Source of the DNA: Chlorokybus atmophyticus
Taxonomy: Eukaryota > Plantae > Mesostigma and Chlorokybus algae
Length of the DNA stretch: 64,000 nucleotides
Reading direction: 5' to 3'
Assembly: GCA_009103225.1 (NCBI GenBank)
Contig: RHPI01002119.1
Span: 373,912 to 437,911, forward strand
Part shown: positions 26,386 through 39,630 of the stretch, piece by piece
Layout: each line of letters opens with the position of its first letter
Numbering within the stretch: the stretch's first letter is position 1
The notes under the pieces: generated by a model
Told to the model about the DNA's origin: nothing
Database searches by the model: none
The model's input: the letters and a program-made list of their open reading frames with translations, nothing else
Made by a program: the position numbers and the translations under genes

Positions 26386-28115
26386 CACAATGTACAAGTC
26401 ACTATGACACGAGGCACATGCAGACTCAACACATAGCATTACACAACCCCCCGGGGTCCTAGGCTACTGCTAGACTACGTGCTGCTCTCTGCATGCATGC
26501 TGCACAGACAACAGGACACCATACCTGTACAAGGGGCTTGTTGGCATTTGCAGGGGACGAAGAGCAGCGCACCGCATGCACACGTCTGAAGCCGAAGCTC
26601 AGAGCCGGCATGCTAGGTAAAGGGCGGGCTAGGCTTGGGAAAGCCTAGCCCACGGACCAGCAACAAACCGAACTGATGCCGTTAAGTATTGGCGTCACTA
26701 TGACAGTAAAAAATAAGTTTGCCAAAACAGCAACACTTAAGAGTTGCAGGAAAAGGGGTCAAGTCTCAGCACTTGCATTCTACCTTAGGTTGCCCTTATG
26801 CTCAGTGCTATGTTGGAAGTAACGATGGAGAAAACGACCGATCACATGCAAGCATGCATGCAGGCACAAACACAACCATGCATGCACGCATGCACAGTCA
26901 GGCATGCCAGCTGCCGACCTTGTCGTTAAGCGCTGCCGTACATGCCAAAGCCAAAGGACGAAGCATTGAACAGAGCGCCGCAATGGCCTGCACGAAGCCT
27001 GGCCACGCCAACAACTCTCTCACCTTTAACACGCGCAAACCACACAAAGGACTAAGGCGAAGCCGCTCTCAACAACCTTGGTCTGTCTACAACAGACAGC
27101 GCCCCGCGGTGTTGCTGACACCACCGCCGCCACCGCCCACACCCGCCACAACATTGCCGCTGCCTCCACTGACCAGTGGTATGCAAACGTCAGGCATGCA
27201 AGCAGACAGGCAAAGATAACCACTTGCAGTTTGGATCTCTTTCTGATGCGCGGTACTTCACATCAGACATATTGATTATCTTCAAGCCACAATGCCCGTT
27301 GGAACCAATGAATGTCTGTATGTAGATGCAGTCACAACCTATGGACTCCTAGAAATCATGTACAAGGGCAGCAGGTGGGCACCAATATCCCCTCTCTGCC
27401 GGACGCCATGATGCATAGGGTATAAGTCATATTGCATGCATGCAATACACATAGTGGTCATCTATCCCTCCCCCCCTTTCATCACGAGGCATACTGGTAG
27501 CATATACCCGCCTATTGCGCAGGTGTGCTTGCTGCTCCTTTACCACCGAACCTTGAGTGCCTGCCTGCTTGCCCGCCCCCTGCCACATTGCACTTAGCTC
27601 CGGCACTTGATTAGGTGTGAGGTGTGATCCCCCACTGGAACTGATTACTCTGCCCTGCCCTGCGCTGCTTGTTCCCTGCTTGCTGTGTAGGCGTGCGCGC
27701 ATGACTTGCATCTGCCCTATCGGAAAGCCTATACCCACGACCTCATAAGTAACACTCCAGTAACAATCCAATTTCAACACCACCACGCACCAGCTTCGTA
27801 GTGGCAGACAGCATGTCGTGGCACACTAACAAATGTAGCCAGAAACACACTAGTCATATGCAACGTCACGTCTCAAGTTAAAAGCACTGACCACACAATG
27901 CTCGCAAACCTATCCACCAAGGTAGCATGCTGCAAAAGCTGTGCCCACGTCGAACAAGTTGCAGTAAAGTAGTAGACACAGATGCAGCACACCCCAATGA
28001 ACCACTGCTTTTTGTCACACATCCTCAAGCAACCAGAACTGATTCTTTGCTTTGCAACCAACACGCACATTGCCCGCGGACAGACTCTCTCTTGTTCATC
28101 CTCAATCAGCTACTA

Positions 28116-29462
28116 CTACTTCTTGGCTCTGAGTTTATCCTTTTTCTTCCTTTTCTTGCTCTTCTTGGACATTTCATTGGACTCGTCATCATCAGCACGC
28201 TGTCCCTCGGCTTCGGTAACATCTGCATTTGTCAACTCAACATCCACGGGAGCATCCGTGTCCTCAACCTCAGCCTCATCGCCAACAACAGGCATGCTAT
28301 TGGACAACTCTGCAGCGGTTCGGTTCAGAAATTCATCAGCTGTCGCTGCTGCCGAGGGAGTGTCACCTCTCTTCTTTGCCTTTTTCTTGGAGGACTCCGG
28401 TTTTTCCCTATCCTTGCGTGTGGCAACTTTCTGCATCTGCCGCTTTTGATCTGCAAGACAATGTTAAGGCCCTCGCAAGCTGGTGTTGGTATGGGAGGTA
28501 TGTGCGTAATTACCAAGCAAGAAGCCAGCATGCAGCTCTGGATGTGCGCCCGACATGCTGCCTTAGGCACGCATGTATGAGTAACCAAGCACACATAATG
28601 ATTACCTTCAGTCAGGTCTGGTATCGCGTGCTCGATGAAGCGATTGACGGCCTTCACATCCATAGCGATGCTGCGTTGTTGGGGTCCTGGCACGAACGAG
28701 ATCAGTCATGCAAGTCACAACACCACAGAGCAAGGAAGCCACAAGACCACACGATAACGCATGCCATGCTAAGCTAAACACACCTACCTGTACTCTCGTA
28801 CACTGCTTTGTCAACCTTCTTCTGGTACACCGCTATGCGCGCCTGATGGGTCGCACTCAATTGTAGGTTTTTCAGGCTGCGCAAGCAAACAAACGAACGA
28901 AAGAAAGATAATCGGATCACATACCAGCTCTGCTTTGACAGGGTGGCTGTCCACAGCTACGCCTTGAGTCTTCAAGTAAACTGTGAGCATGCACACAGCT
29001 CTGAAGTTGTAAGCAAGTGAGCCTAAGTTGTGTGCTGTACTGCGAACAAGTATATAGTTATGGTGCTTGAGGCTAAGCGTCTCCCACAACGTGATTGAAC
29101 AAGTTGAGCAAATTGGATGTGCACGACTTCTGCACAGACAAGTGAAAGCAGGGACTTGCATTGTCGAGCACAGTACCCAGCTTGACAGTTGATGACGACA
29201 ACCTTTTGTGCACACACGCAGCGTTGTTGTTAGTGCACCCAGCACGAACAATTTTGGACAGACTGAAAGACACCTCCTCACGCTGAAACAGGCTGCTGAC
29301 GGCGGCGGCGACCGCGACATGCAGCTGCGCGCGGTGCAGGGGCGCCGGCAGCTGCGCCTCCAGCTCCTTGGGGGTCGCGGTCAGCACCGGCTCCAGCGCC
29401 GCCTTCATCCTAGCCATGGCAGCCTCGGCCGCTTGCACCGCCGCCGCCACCTCCGCCTCCAT
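28116..29462 (-). CDS. C1D: C1D/Rrp47 (Sas10/C1D family) nuclear exosome cofactor, multi-exon
   Basis: LHRAQLHVAVAAAVSSLFQ|..YLKTQGVAVDSHPVKAEL|..KKVDKAVYE..|..MDVKAVNRFIEHAIPDLT, followed by a Lys-rich C-terminal tail ending KKKDKLRAKK*. Confidence 0.88.
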
Positions 29463-29611
29463 GCTGGCCACAGTGAGTCCCGGACACAGCTCAGCCCTAG
29501 CTTGTGTATATTTGGGTGAGGACTTGGCGGCGGCGGCGGCGGCGGTGCTGTGAGAGGTGGCCACGTGGCAGCTCCTCCTTGTCCCCGTCCCTTCCCTCCT
29601 TGACAGCCACA

Positions 29612-31784
29612 ATGCCGGTGGCACTGTCGGCGGTGGACGCCGCATGGGCCAAGTACGCAGCATGCTCCGGCGCTGGTGCGGCGGAGGCAGAGGCCCCTGT
29701 GCAGCAGGTTGCAGAGCAGGTGAGACTGTTGTGTCAAGGCTGGTCTATAACTCTCTCATTTGTTGCTTGATCAATGAGCAGTGGAGACATGCATGCAAGA
29801 ATCCTTGTTGTGGCCGGACTTTTGCCGTACGCTATGCTTGCAGCGCTGCATGTTTGCAAGCAACAATGACGGCATGCGTTTGGCTGTTGTACCTGTCAAA
29901 TTTGCGTCCACGCATTGTCGAGTTAAGCCATGAACGACTGCGGGCAATGTGTTATGCGATTGCTATGTAGATTGGCCAGTCTGCTTTGCAGAGCTGTGCA
30001 TCAGTGGTGTTGTTGTGTTATAACCGCTCACATCACTGTCCTGCATGCTAAGTATCTACCATATTAATCCAGCACACAATGCTTGTACAACAACTGTCTC
30101 ATGGTGTTCTGAGCATGCCTACGTGTTCGTAGACAAGCTTTGAAACTTGCAATGGGCAGGCGTCCACCGCTCCTTCAGCAGCCATTGAGGTGACGGAGTT
30201 GGAGTTCACATACCCCGGCCTCGATGGGCGTCCCCCGCCCGGAGCATCCCCGCTCATCAAAGAGTTCAACCTGAGGCTGGCTCCAGGAGAACGGTGCTTG
30301 CTTACAGGCGGGAACGGTGCTGGTGCGTCCCCACATACTACACATGTACCATGCATGCAGGCATTGTGTTGACATGCACATGTGTGTGGCGTTGTGCGTG
30401 CGCACCCACACTGATGCATGGTTATGCACGAGTCCGCGAGCACGCACACATACACACACACAGACACTCGTTTCGCTTGTGGCAGAACATGGTCTTTGTG
30501 GGCGCTGAACATTGTTGTGCAGGCAAGACAACACTGCTGCGGATACTTGCGGGCATGCACATGGTGCACAACGGGTCTGTAAAGGTTCTCGATCGCTCCG
30601 CATTCCACGACACGAACCTCACAGCGTCTGGCGCTATCACATACTTGGGAACTGAGGTCAGCACTGGCAAGCAGCACGCATCTATGGTACTATGAGTGTG
30701 ATGCTTACTGTCTCACGCACTATGCTGCTTGCAGTGGCGGCGTGCGTTGGCATTTGCTGGTGGAGAAGTCCCGTTGCAAGCAGACATTGCTGCCAAAGAC
30801 ATGCTGCAGAATGCTCCCGGAGCAGATCAAGCGCGCCTTGCTGAGCTCATGAAGGTGTGCTGTTGTAGCATGCGCGGCATGACACGTGTGCCTGTGCAAA
30901 CCTCAAGAACCTCTATGCTAATGCATGTCGAGGCTTGTACTCAGGTCATGGACATCAACCCACACTGGAGAATGAATAAGGTGTCCGACGGGCAGCGAAG
31001 GCGTGTGCAGATATGCATGGGTCTAGCAAAGCCATTCAAGGTTAGAGCTGCGAACAACACTGTGGTGTGAGAACATGGTTATGCTCTTCGCATGTTGTGT
31101 ACAGCGTTTGGTAGTAATTGCCATGGCAGGTGCTGTTGTTGGACGAGATCACTGTTGATCTGGACGTTATTGGACGCGCAGACTTGCTGAATTACCTAAA
31201 AAAGGAGTGCGAAGAGCGCGGCGCGTGCGTCATATATGCAACGCATATCTTTGATGGCATCGACACCTGGCCAACACATCTGGTACACACTGCGTTACGG
31301 TACAGAGTGCTCTGTCAAGCTGACAAATTGTCCTGAGTGCGCATGCTGTGCTCTGTAGTGGGTTCTCAAAAGTGTGGCTTTGTGTGCAGGCGTATGTTGC
31401 AGAGGGCAGGTTGCAAGTGTTTGACAAGCTATCAGCTATCAAAGAATTGCGGCAGCAATCGTTGATGGTGCGTTGGAATCCATACAGCTACTGCCATTTT
31501 TGATGCTCATGCCTTGTTGCATTGTTGATGTCTATATGTTACTCGGCCGCCCGTTTGTGGTGTGCAACTACGCGGGTTCGCATTTGTTGAAGAGCATGTC
31601 TTCAACCACGCAGGAGACCATTGCTGTGTGGCTAAGGAAGGATAGAGAGGTGCAGAAGGCCAAGCGATTGAGCAAGCTCAGCCAGAAGCAGGAGGTTGAT
31701 GGGATTCCTGTAGATGAGCGCACGTCGACGCTGATGAACAACGGCTGGACCTCAGGCAGGTTGACACCGTCAGTGAAGAAATGA
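29612..31784 (+). CDS. ABCI20: Soluble ABC ATPase, ABCI19-21/CAF16 type, multi-exon
   Basis: [10 protein letters not shown]...LLTGGNGA|[11 protein letters not shown] (Walker A), [15 protein letters not shown] (signature), [13 protein letters not shown] (Walker B), YATHIFDG (H-loop) and C-terminal NNGWTSGRL. No TM domain. Confidence 0.9.
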
Positions 31785-34700
31785 CCATAGCATAGGTTGG
31801 ATGGCTATGCTCGGGCGCATACTGCTACTTAGTTAGGTTTAGTTTAATTCATTGCACATCGGACATTCTGCTGTGCTCCTAGCCAGAGGTAGTGATTATT
31901 TGGGAGAGACCAATTGACAAACTCTATATCCATATGCACATGGGTATGTGTAGCGCTATGCTGCTCTATTTCTGAATTGACCACACACAGAGTTGCATGC
32001 AACCATCCTACCATTGAGATCAAGCTGTGCATGTTGATGCTGCAACTGGCTTTGATGTAATGCATGTTTGGGTGGACAGTGTACTTGCTGAGTGCAAGTT
32101 GACCTGCTTGTCATGAACCTTGCACCCATTGATGGCACATGGCGGACACCACTTGCGGCATGTTGTCTACTACTGTCATTCATACAGTAAATGACCGTGT
32201 AGTGCATGCCTTGGCACCACAACCTATGCGCGCTACATACCTATTATCATTCCCTGTCGACAAGGTAACATTCTGCCAGCGAAATACCAGTACATTCGCA
32301 CCTCATTAAACGAAAGGTAAACTGTGATTGCAAGAATAAATTGTTCTACACCTGCAACCATAGCACCCACACAACACCTGCCAAGAGCGGACCTTCTTTT
32401 TATCAGCAGTACCCAATCGCTACCCTTACAAAACATGAGCAATGGTAGAACTTTACAGCACACAGTGCGTTCTGAACGACATGCTGTTTGTGCATTACAG
32501 AGCGAGCGGATCATGACTGTCGCAATACAACTCCTCCATCCGTCGACTGCCAGTGCTCCCGGTTGAGGGTACTCAACTTGCCGTAGTCTCCTACCCATTG
32601 CACAAATCCTGTTGCATTTGCGTAAATGCGCCACGACCCCAGTATACACAAAACTACTAAGACAAGAGGAATGCTGATCAGGCATGCTGTTCAGACACAA
32701 ACACTTGTTGTAGCCATATGGTCACACCACTTACGGTGTGTCATTTGTGGTTGATCGATGTGGGCACCTGGACACCACTCCTTACTGCTGTGTCCAACCG
32801 AAGGTTGCGCAGCCTGCAATGAGTATATATGTGCAATGCATGAGGGTCAATTGCGTCATCTGCCCGGTGCAAAGTTAGCCCCTGACGACACACTGTCTCC
32901 AAACTGCTGAATGGATGTAAGGGACTGGTAAGTATATTAGGTTGAAGTAAGATGGTCATGTATTCTCTATCTCAAACGCTTGCTTAACATGAGCCAGGGT
33001 CCACATAACGAAGGCGCTATAATGATGACATCGATTCTGGCAATCACTGCTAACTATGCAGTTGCAAGCCTGTGAGGAGGCAGTCAATAAGCGTCTGTGG
33101 CATGGCCAAGTTTGTCAATAGTGTGCTCGTGTTGCAATACCTGCGGCGCAGACTCTAAAGGGATGCCAAAGTCGGACAGCGCCGATGTGTACGCATTTGG
33201 CTGGTCTTTGTGCTTGGCTGGCCGTGAATCTGAAGTGGTAGGCGTCAGGTCTTGTCCTTCATGTGGTTCCCATGTCACTTCCGGTTGATCTAGGGCAAAC
33301 CTGCACGAGTCACATGACAAGCCCACTTTAGATTGCAACGTTGCGACATGACCCACACAACAGCAACATCACACACTGGTGCACAACTGGCACAGCAACC
33401 TGTTGACAACAGCACCACTGTCGGGTGAAGCGAAGTTTTTCATCCAGGGATTGGAGAGAAACCTGCCACAAATGCAAATTTGATGTGCTGCACCTCACAG
33501 CTTAGCAAGGATGCCAATAGCCGCTTACTTACGCGTCTGCGATCCTTTCTGGCGGCACCTGATGTGAATAGCCTTGTACTATGTCACGCATCAGTGCACC
33601 ATACGCAAGGGGCGAACTTTGCCGCACGGAGTCCAACAGCGCCCTTTGCTGAGCCTGCCAGTGTGTAAGGCATGTGTCCTCGCAAGTGCACACAGCCCTT
33701 GCTGAACATATCCTTGTCACAAGTTGGTAGCAAGTTGTTCGTTGTACGGCTTTCGGAGCCTTCTTACCTCAATACGCTGCAAGGCATACTTGGTGCGAGC
33801 AGCGATATCAGCCTTGACAACAGACTCCACATGCCTGATGAGCCAACATGCGCATGGTGATAACATCGCACTAGCTTGTATCTGTGCATACCCGTTGCAA
33901 CTAATTGCAAATATGGTCACCTTGAGGCGCGCTTTGCAATGCCTGTTCTGACATTTTCGCTCTTCGCGCGCTTTGTTGATCGCATTATTGGCACGGAGGC
34001 TACGCACGCAGCGGGGCGCTGAGCTGCTACAGGTGGATCCAAGCTACGTTGAGATAAACTGCAGTCTTGCAGTCTGAGGAATAGTGGCATTGTTAATTTT
34101 GACATAAAGGCACCTACACATGATATATTGTAACAGTACCGATGCAGCAAAGTTGCCAAGCCTGGTTAGTTTATAACCGCGAGTGACCTGTGCAACTGTC
34201 TCATAGTTGTAGATGATTGTACGCTCATGGCTCGTACCTTTTTACAGGCTTCAGTTGATGAGCGTATGCTGCTACAAGCTCAGATTGTCCTGGCACTGCT
34301 ACTGCAAAAGCAAACAAGGTCAAGTGCGCATGAACAGCATGTTTACACTGCTACTATAACAGCACGTTATTCTTCTAAGTTGTAGACTGCCTTGTGCTCA
34401 TTCCATGTTTCCACATGAAAAACAAAGCGATCGCTAGCTAAACTACACATGCGTGACATGTGATGATGTTGCAAACAACCTGAGTATGCAAGGCGAGGTT
34501 GAGGGCGTGCAGCCTTTGGCCGAAAGCGTCGCCGTTCTTGGCGTATCTCTGCCATGTTGAACCACCATTTTGGGTATATGCGGGCCTACACGCCATCATT
34601 CAGCATCGCGGTGAGATGTCCTGCCTTCGCGGTACAAGTCAGCCTTTGACAGATATTGACTGCATGCTGCTCGTGAGCAAGGAAGAAATGCATTCATTGA

Positions 34701-34849
34701 GGGCCATTGCATAATGGAGCACCTACCTGCAGCTTTGAGGCATCGCATTGCAATTGTGACGTAGATGGTGGGTCCGGTTGTCGGTCTGGACACGACACGG
34801 TGCTTGAGATATCAGTCCGACGGCAATTTTCAGTGTTGTTGGCAAACTC

Positions 34850-36027
34850 CTCAGCATGTTAGAAAAAGTACCGAGACAAGTCTCTTGCCATATGGTGTTA
34901 ATTAGTCTCCCAGGGCAAGCTGTCAGCTCCAAGAACAAAGAGTCACCTGTCCACTGTCGGCGATTATCACCCGCACGCCATTTGGCCGATGGCTTGGGTA
35001 CAAGGTTAGCTGCGGACGCCACTTGGCGTCGCCTGTAGTGGTAAGTGCTGGGCTCAGAAAACTCCTTGGACATGCATGCCGTGTTCTCTGGTGCATCAGG
35101 GACTTGCGCAACAGCTTCAATACCTCCCTGTGCAAGAGAAGCTTGTTGGAGCTTCACAATGCAACACATGCGCCTAGCTTGGTCAACACAAGCTGCGCAT
35201 CTATCATGACAAGCTGCTGGGCAAACACTGACCACAGTCTGGTAGGAATCGCGTGCAGCTTCTTCGCCTTCTGCGTCAGGGCAACGCCGCTGTTCACTCC
35301 CATTTCCACCATCCCTGCCGATACATACGTAGGCACGCATGCTCATGCTTGTATGTACTGTCCACAGTACAAGCTGCGTTGTTTGCAGTTGTTGAGTTGT
35401 GATGCTCTTTTGTTTGCGGTTACTACCAGGCCAAAGAGTGTGACACAAAGCACACGCTTGACATGCAAGCTAGCTTTTTTGAGTGGCAAGCATCGCCACA
35501 TGGAGTGACGTACTGACATTCTCGACCACGTCATATATGAAACTATCACACCACGACATACAAGCGAAGACAAGCCAAGAGGCGATGCGATGAGCACCAG
35601 AAACAGACCTGCCCAACGATTCCTGGTATGCGTCCAGCTGCTTCTGCAGCTCTACAAGCCTGCCGTCGAGTTTGGGCAGCACAGACTGGATGACCTGGGC
35701 CGCACTGGCACGCGCTAGCAAGCATAGATTGCAGTGTTAGAGGATTGTTTACAGGAAAAACTCGCCTCAACTGCAGGCCAAATTCGACTGTGCAAGCGGC
35801 GTTTGTCTGCCGCTCAGCTACTTACCCACCAGTTGTCGCAGCTCAGGAAGAGACGGAAAGCAAGCCGCGCCGCCGTCGATCCCCTGTTGGTGCTGCTGCC
35901 TCAATGCAAGGATGCCGTAGCGCAGAGCCAACTGGGCCGCCTCCGCCCTCTCCTCTCCCGCAGGGTAGCTCCGCAGGAACAGGCGGACCGCCTCCGCCGC
36001 AGCCGGCGGCAGCGCCCCCGCGTCCAT
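34850..36027 (-). CDS. Hypothetical protein-coding gene of unrecognised family (may extend down to ~33.1 kb)
   Basis: GC/CpG-rich first exon MDAGALPPAAAEAVRLFLRSYPAGEERAEAAQLALRYGILAL..., a coiled-coil-like exon QSVLPKLDGRLVELQKQLDAYQESLGR, and splice-like boundaries. No family motif recognised. Confidence 0.45.
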
Positions 36028-36178
36028 ATAAGATAGCCCCACACAGCGCACTACAAGCTTTTCCACCTCCTCATGCCCACCTACTCCTCGGATAACCACC
36101 GCCTACGCCGCCCACGCCGCCACCGACCAACAGGACAATGCCAGCAATAAGCTCACGACGCAAGCGTTCAAATTTTCA

Positions 36179-36187
36179 AAACCCTAA
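36179..36187 (+). promoter_or_regulatory. Telo-box AAACCCTAA
   Basis: Exact 9-mer between the divergent orphan gene and the DAAT gene. Confidence 0.45.
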
Positions 36188-36689
36188 TTGAGACGTTCAG
36201 CATCACGCGTCATGTTGCAGTCAGCGTCATGCACTCACATGACATGATGCGCACAGCATGACATGCCGTGTCCAGCGTCATAACTGGACACGGCATTGAC
36301 ACGGCGGCGGCGGCGGAGGAGGAGGACGACGCGGAGGACGCGGAGACTGACAGCGAATCTGCACTAACATGATGCTGCCTGGCCTGCTTATGACCCTCTG
36401 CTGATTGAAATGGGTTCAGTGGAGAGCTTGTTGCCCAACTGGTAAGCTTTGACCAGCCTGCTGTAGCGAGCTGGGTCGTCGAGGCGCATGGCTGCTTGCG
36501 CAGCGCTGAATGCGCTGCCAGCTGCAAGCGTGGTCTTCGCCACCTCGTGCTCCCCATTAGAATGTGTCTTGCGCTCCCCGTTAGGGTGTGCCTTTCCTGA
36601 CAAGCGCTTCCATAGACTTCGAAAACAAGGTGCCTGAGGCGATGGATCTCATGCATTGCACGCGTAACTCTTGCAATGTGTTTGATCTC

Positions 36690-38499
36690 CAGAGTCAGAG
36701 CTGCGTGGTGTTGGCAAACCCTTGTGTGGGACAGGCAGGGAACTGGTCAAGAGCGAGCAACGGATTGCAACGAGTGCTTCCGCACAAGTAAATAATGGTG
36801 CCATGTCGATGACAATGGAGCCGTACGCTCAACCGGTGGTTCCAACGCTCTCCCTGCAGCAGGTACTGTGAGTTTATAAAACAGGTTGCTTTCAAGAAAC
36901 CTGATACTGCACAGGCTCATCCAGTGGGAGCAAGCATCCTCAGCACCTCTTATATGTGGTGATGTTAGGCGGTTGGTGCTTTGAGCAAAGCAGTACACGC
37001 ATCGGCTTCAACATACTTGGCATTCTACTCAAGCGTGCTCAGAGGCATTGTCACAGACCCTGCTGTGATGGTGCTGCCGATTGATGATCACATGGTGCAC
37101 AGGGGACATGCGGTCTTTGACACAGCTGCTGTCTATTATGGGTAATGACAGGCTCATGACTGGTTGAGTGAGTATGTGGTGGGCTACAGTAAGGTGCATT
37201 TGATACTTACGCACAGTGTCATTACAGGAAGCTGTATCAGCTGGACCAGCATTTGGACCGGCTGTTGCTTTCAGCAAGCAATGCAAGGGTAACACCTGCC
37301 TTCTCAAGGTATGTGCGCGCACACCAGCACGCATGCGTGAAGCGGAGAAGGTTGCATCCATACAGGAGCTGCTTTGTGCAGACGTCCAAGTTGTGTGCAG
37401 AGAGAAACTCAGAGACATCATCATTGAGACTGCAACCGTTGCATGTGAACGCGCCGGTCACAACTTCATTGGCCAAGCACGTTTCTGGCTCTCTGCCGGT
37501 CCAGGTGGTTTTGGTCTTGCCACATCAGAGTGAGTGTTGCCACAAGCAAGTACATTACAGATGCTGATGCGCTTGTTGACACACTAGTGTTTGTTAGGTG
37601 TGTGGCGCCAACTTTTTATGTCATAGTTGCTACCAAGTCTGGTTACCCAGATGTGAATAAAGGCCTTCGATGTGTTACTGCTTCGGTGCCTATCAAGCCG
37701 CCAACCTTTGCTACTGTCAAGACCACAAATTACCTGCCGAATGCGCTCGTAGTTGATGAAGCGCTTCAGGTGCCTGATGAACAAAAGCTTGTCGGTACCT
37801 CAACCTCTCTTGAGACATGAACTCTACTCAACCGTGACTCGGTACAGGCTGGTGCTGATCAAGGCGTATGGCTGGACCAAGAAGGCAACATTGGTGAAGG
37901 CGCAAGCATGAACATTGCGGTGAGTTGTGCGTGCAACGATAAGGTGTTTGCTGTATGCTTAGACCTGTTGTCTGTGCGCACATCTGACAAGCAATCTTGT
38001 GTGTGGAACAGTTCATGATGAAAGATAGCGAATTCGTTGTTCCGCCTTTTGACAAGGTAACATACTGGTCTAAGTACTCAGCACATACTCATGTCTCAAT
38101 TCAAGTGCCTTGCAAGTAAGCACGCCATCACTCTCCAGGTGCTGGCAGGGATTACGGCGTTATGGGCCATGGAGCTAGCATCGACATCCGCAATGAGTGA
38201 CCTCATAAGCAAAGTTAGCGTACGTACTGTCACCGTGGATGAGGCCAGGGGCGCCAAAGAGATGATGATGGTGGGCAGCGGCGTGCTCGTGACCCCAGTG
38301 CTCACGTGGGACAACCACCCCATCAATGATGGTATGTAAGCTGCGTGGCTGCAGGGTTGCTTGCATCGTTGTAAACCTTTTTATGGTCTTGTCAACAGGA
38401 ACACCAGGACCCGTTGCTTTGCGCTTGCGGCGACTCATTGAGGAGGACATGCAGAGTGGCGAGGGCCAGTGCGTACCACTGCAACGAAGAACAAGATAG
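36690..38499 (+). CDS. DAAT: D-amino-acid transaminase / 4-amino-4-deoxychorismate lyase (PLP fold-type IV), multi-exon; further 5' exon(s) probable
   Basis: YLAFYSSVLRGIVTDPAVMVLPIDDHMVHRGHAVFDT, LYQLDQHLDRL, FWLSAGPGGFGL, FATVKTTNYLPNAL (PLP Lys), GNIGEGASMNIA, VLAGIT, EMMMVGSGVLVTPV and PGPVALRLRRLIEEDM. Confidence 0.92.
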
Positions 38500-39452
38500 A
38501 CAGACATTGCAAGCCGGCGCTGATAAATTTTGGGTCCGTTTTACCAAGCAAGCTGTCAGCACGGGTTAGCTGCTAACAGAGGCTAAGGACGCCGCTGTTG
38601 GGTATCTGTCTTTACAGCTGCATATATGTCATTGAGTAAGGGCTACGCACTCTGTTCTGCATGCACCGTGCTAAGTGCGCGATGTTGCAGATGCTGCTCT
38701 GTCAGATGTGTTGGATTTGGTTGATAGAAACTGGTATACTAGGTTGCACATAAGCTTGTATGCCTATTCCCAACCAATTAGTTGGATAATGGGCAATATA
38801 TTGGTTGGCCAACAATAGTGGTGTATACAAAATGCAGGATACAATTGTGGATGCATAGGATATGCACTAAGGCAGCAGCATATGCACAGCATGCACATCA
38901 TGCGCATCATTGATTCAAGTTGACCACCAGGCTACGCAGCTACTCTACTGTGTTCGAGACAGGAGTTGCATCAACACCTCACGCATGGCATGGTTAGCTC
39001 TGTGATGTTGCCTCATTTGGTTGGTTGCTTTGGGATGATTCTGCTGACGCGCACATTATGTGAGCACATCCCCGTCAAAAGTACGTACATGCAGTGCAAA
39101 ACCGGCGGACCAGGCAACAAGGAGTCTGAGCTGCATCAATGCGTACATCATTGACCATTGACCGCATTGGTAGTTGGCGCACAAAGCACACACGCACAGG
39201 ACACTACGCCACCATCGGCAGAGCCTCACGTTCTACACAGCAAGCTGCTAAACCGCAGGGTTGGAACAACTATGTACAATGGGTTGGGTCGCACCTTTCC
39301 TGTACATGTACCTTACCACAACCACCATCACAATCCTAAAACAGGTCCATTTACCCCGCTCCAAAAGGAACAAAAGCCACACTACCAGCACATCAGCCCG
39401 GAGTTTATGGCAGAGAACCCAAGCGCCATCACTCATGCTTCCACTACTGCAC

Positions 39453-39595
39453 TCACTGGGCCCGTCCAGTCTGCTGGGGCTGCTGTGTGTAGTGAACCTG
39501 CTGGGGCCGCTGCTGGGGCTGCTGTGTGTAGTAACCACCCTGCTGAGGCTGCTGCTGGGGCTGCTGTGTCTGCTGCCGCTGCTGAGTGTAGTAAG

Positions 39596-39630
<35 letters not shown>

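Noticed and set aside
33255-33285. Minus-strand TWEPHEG resembling a chromodomain motif
   Set aside because: The upstream aromatic-cage residues (YLVKW) are absent; a 4-residue match only.
36388-36603. Minus-strand 71-aa ORF (MSGKAHPNGERK...) as a separate small gene
   Set aside because: It overlaps the probable 5' region of DAAT on the other strand and has no motif or splice support.
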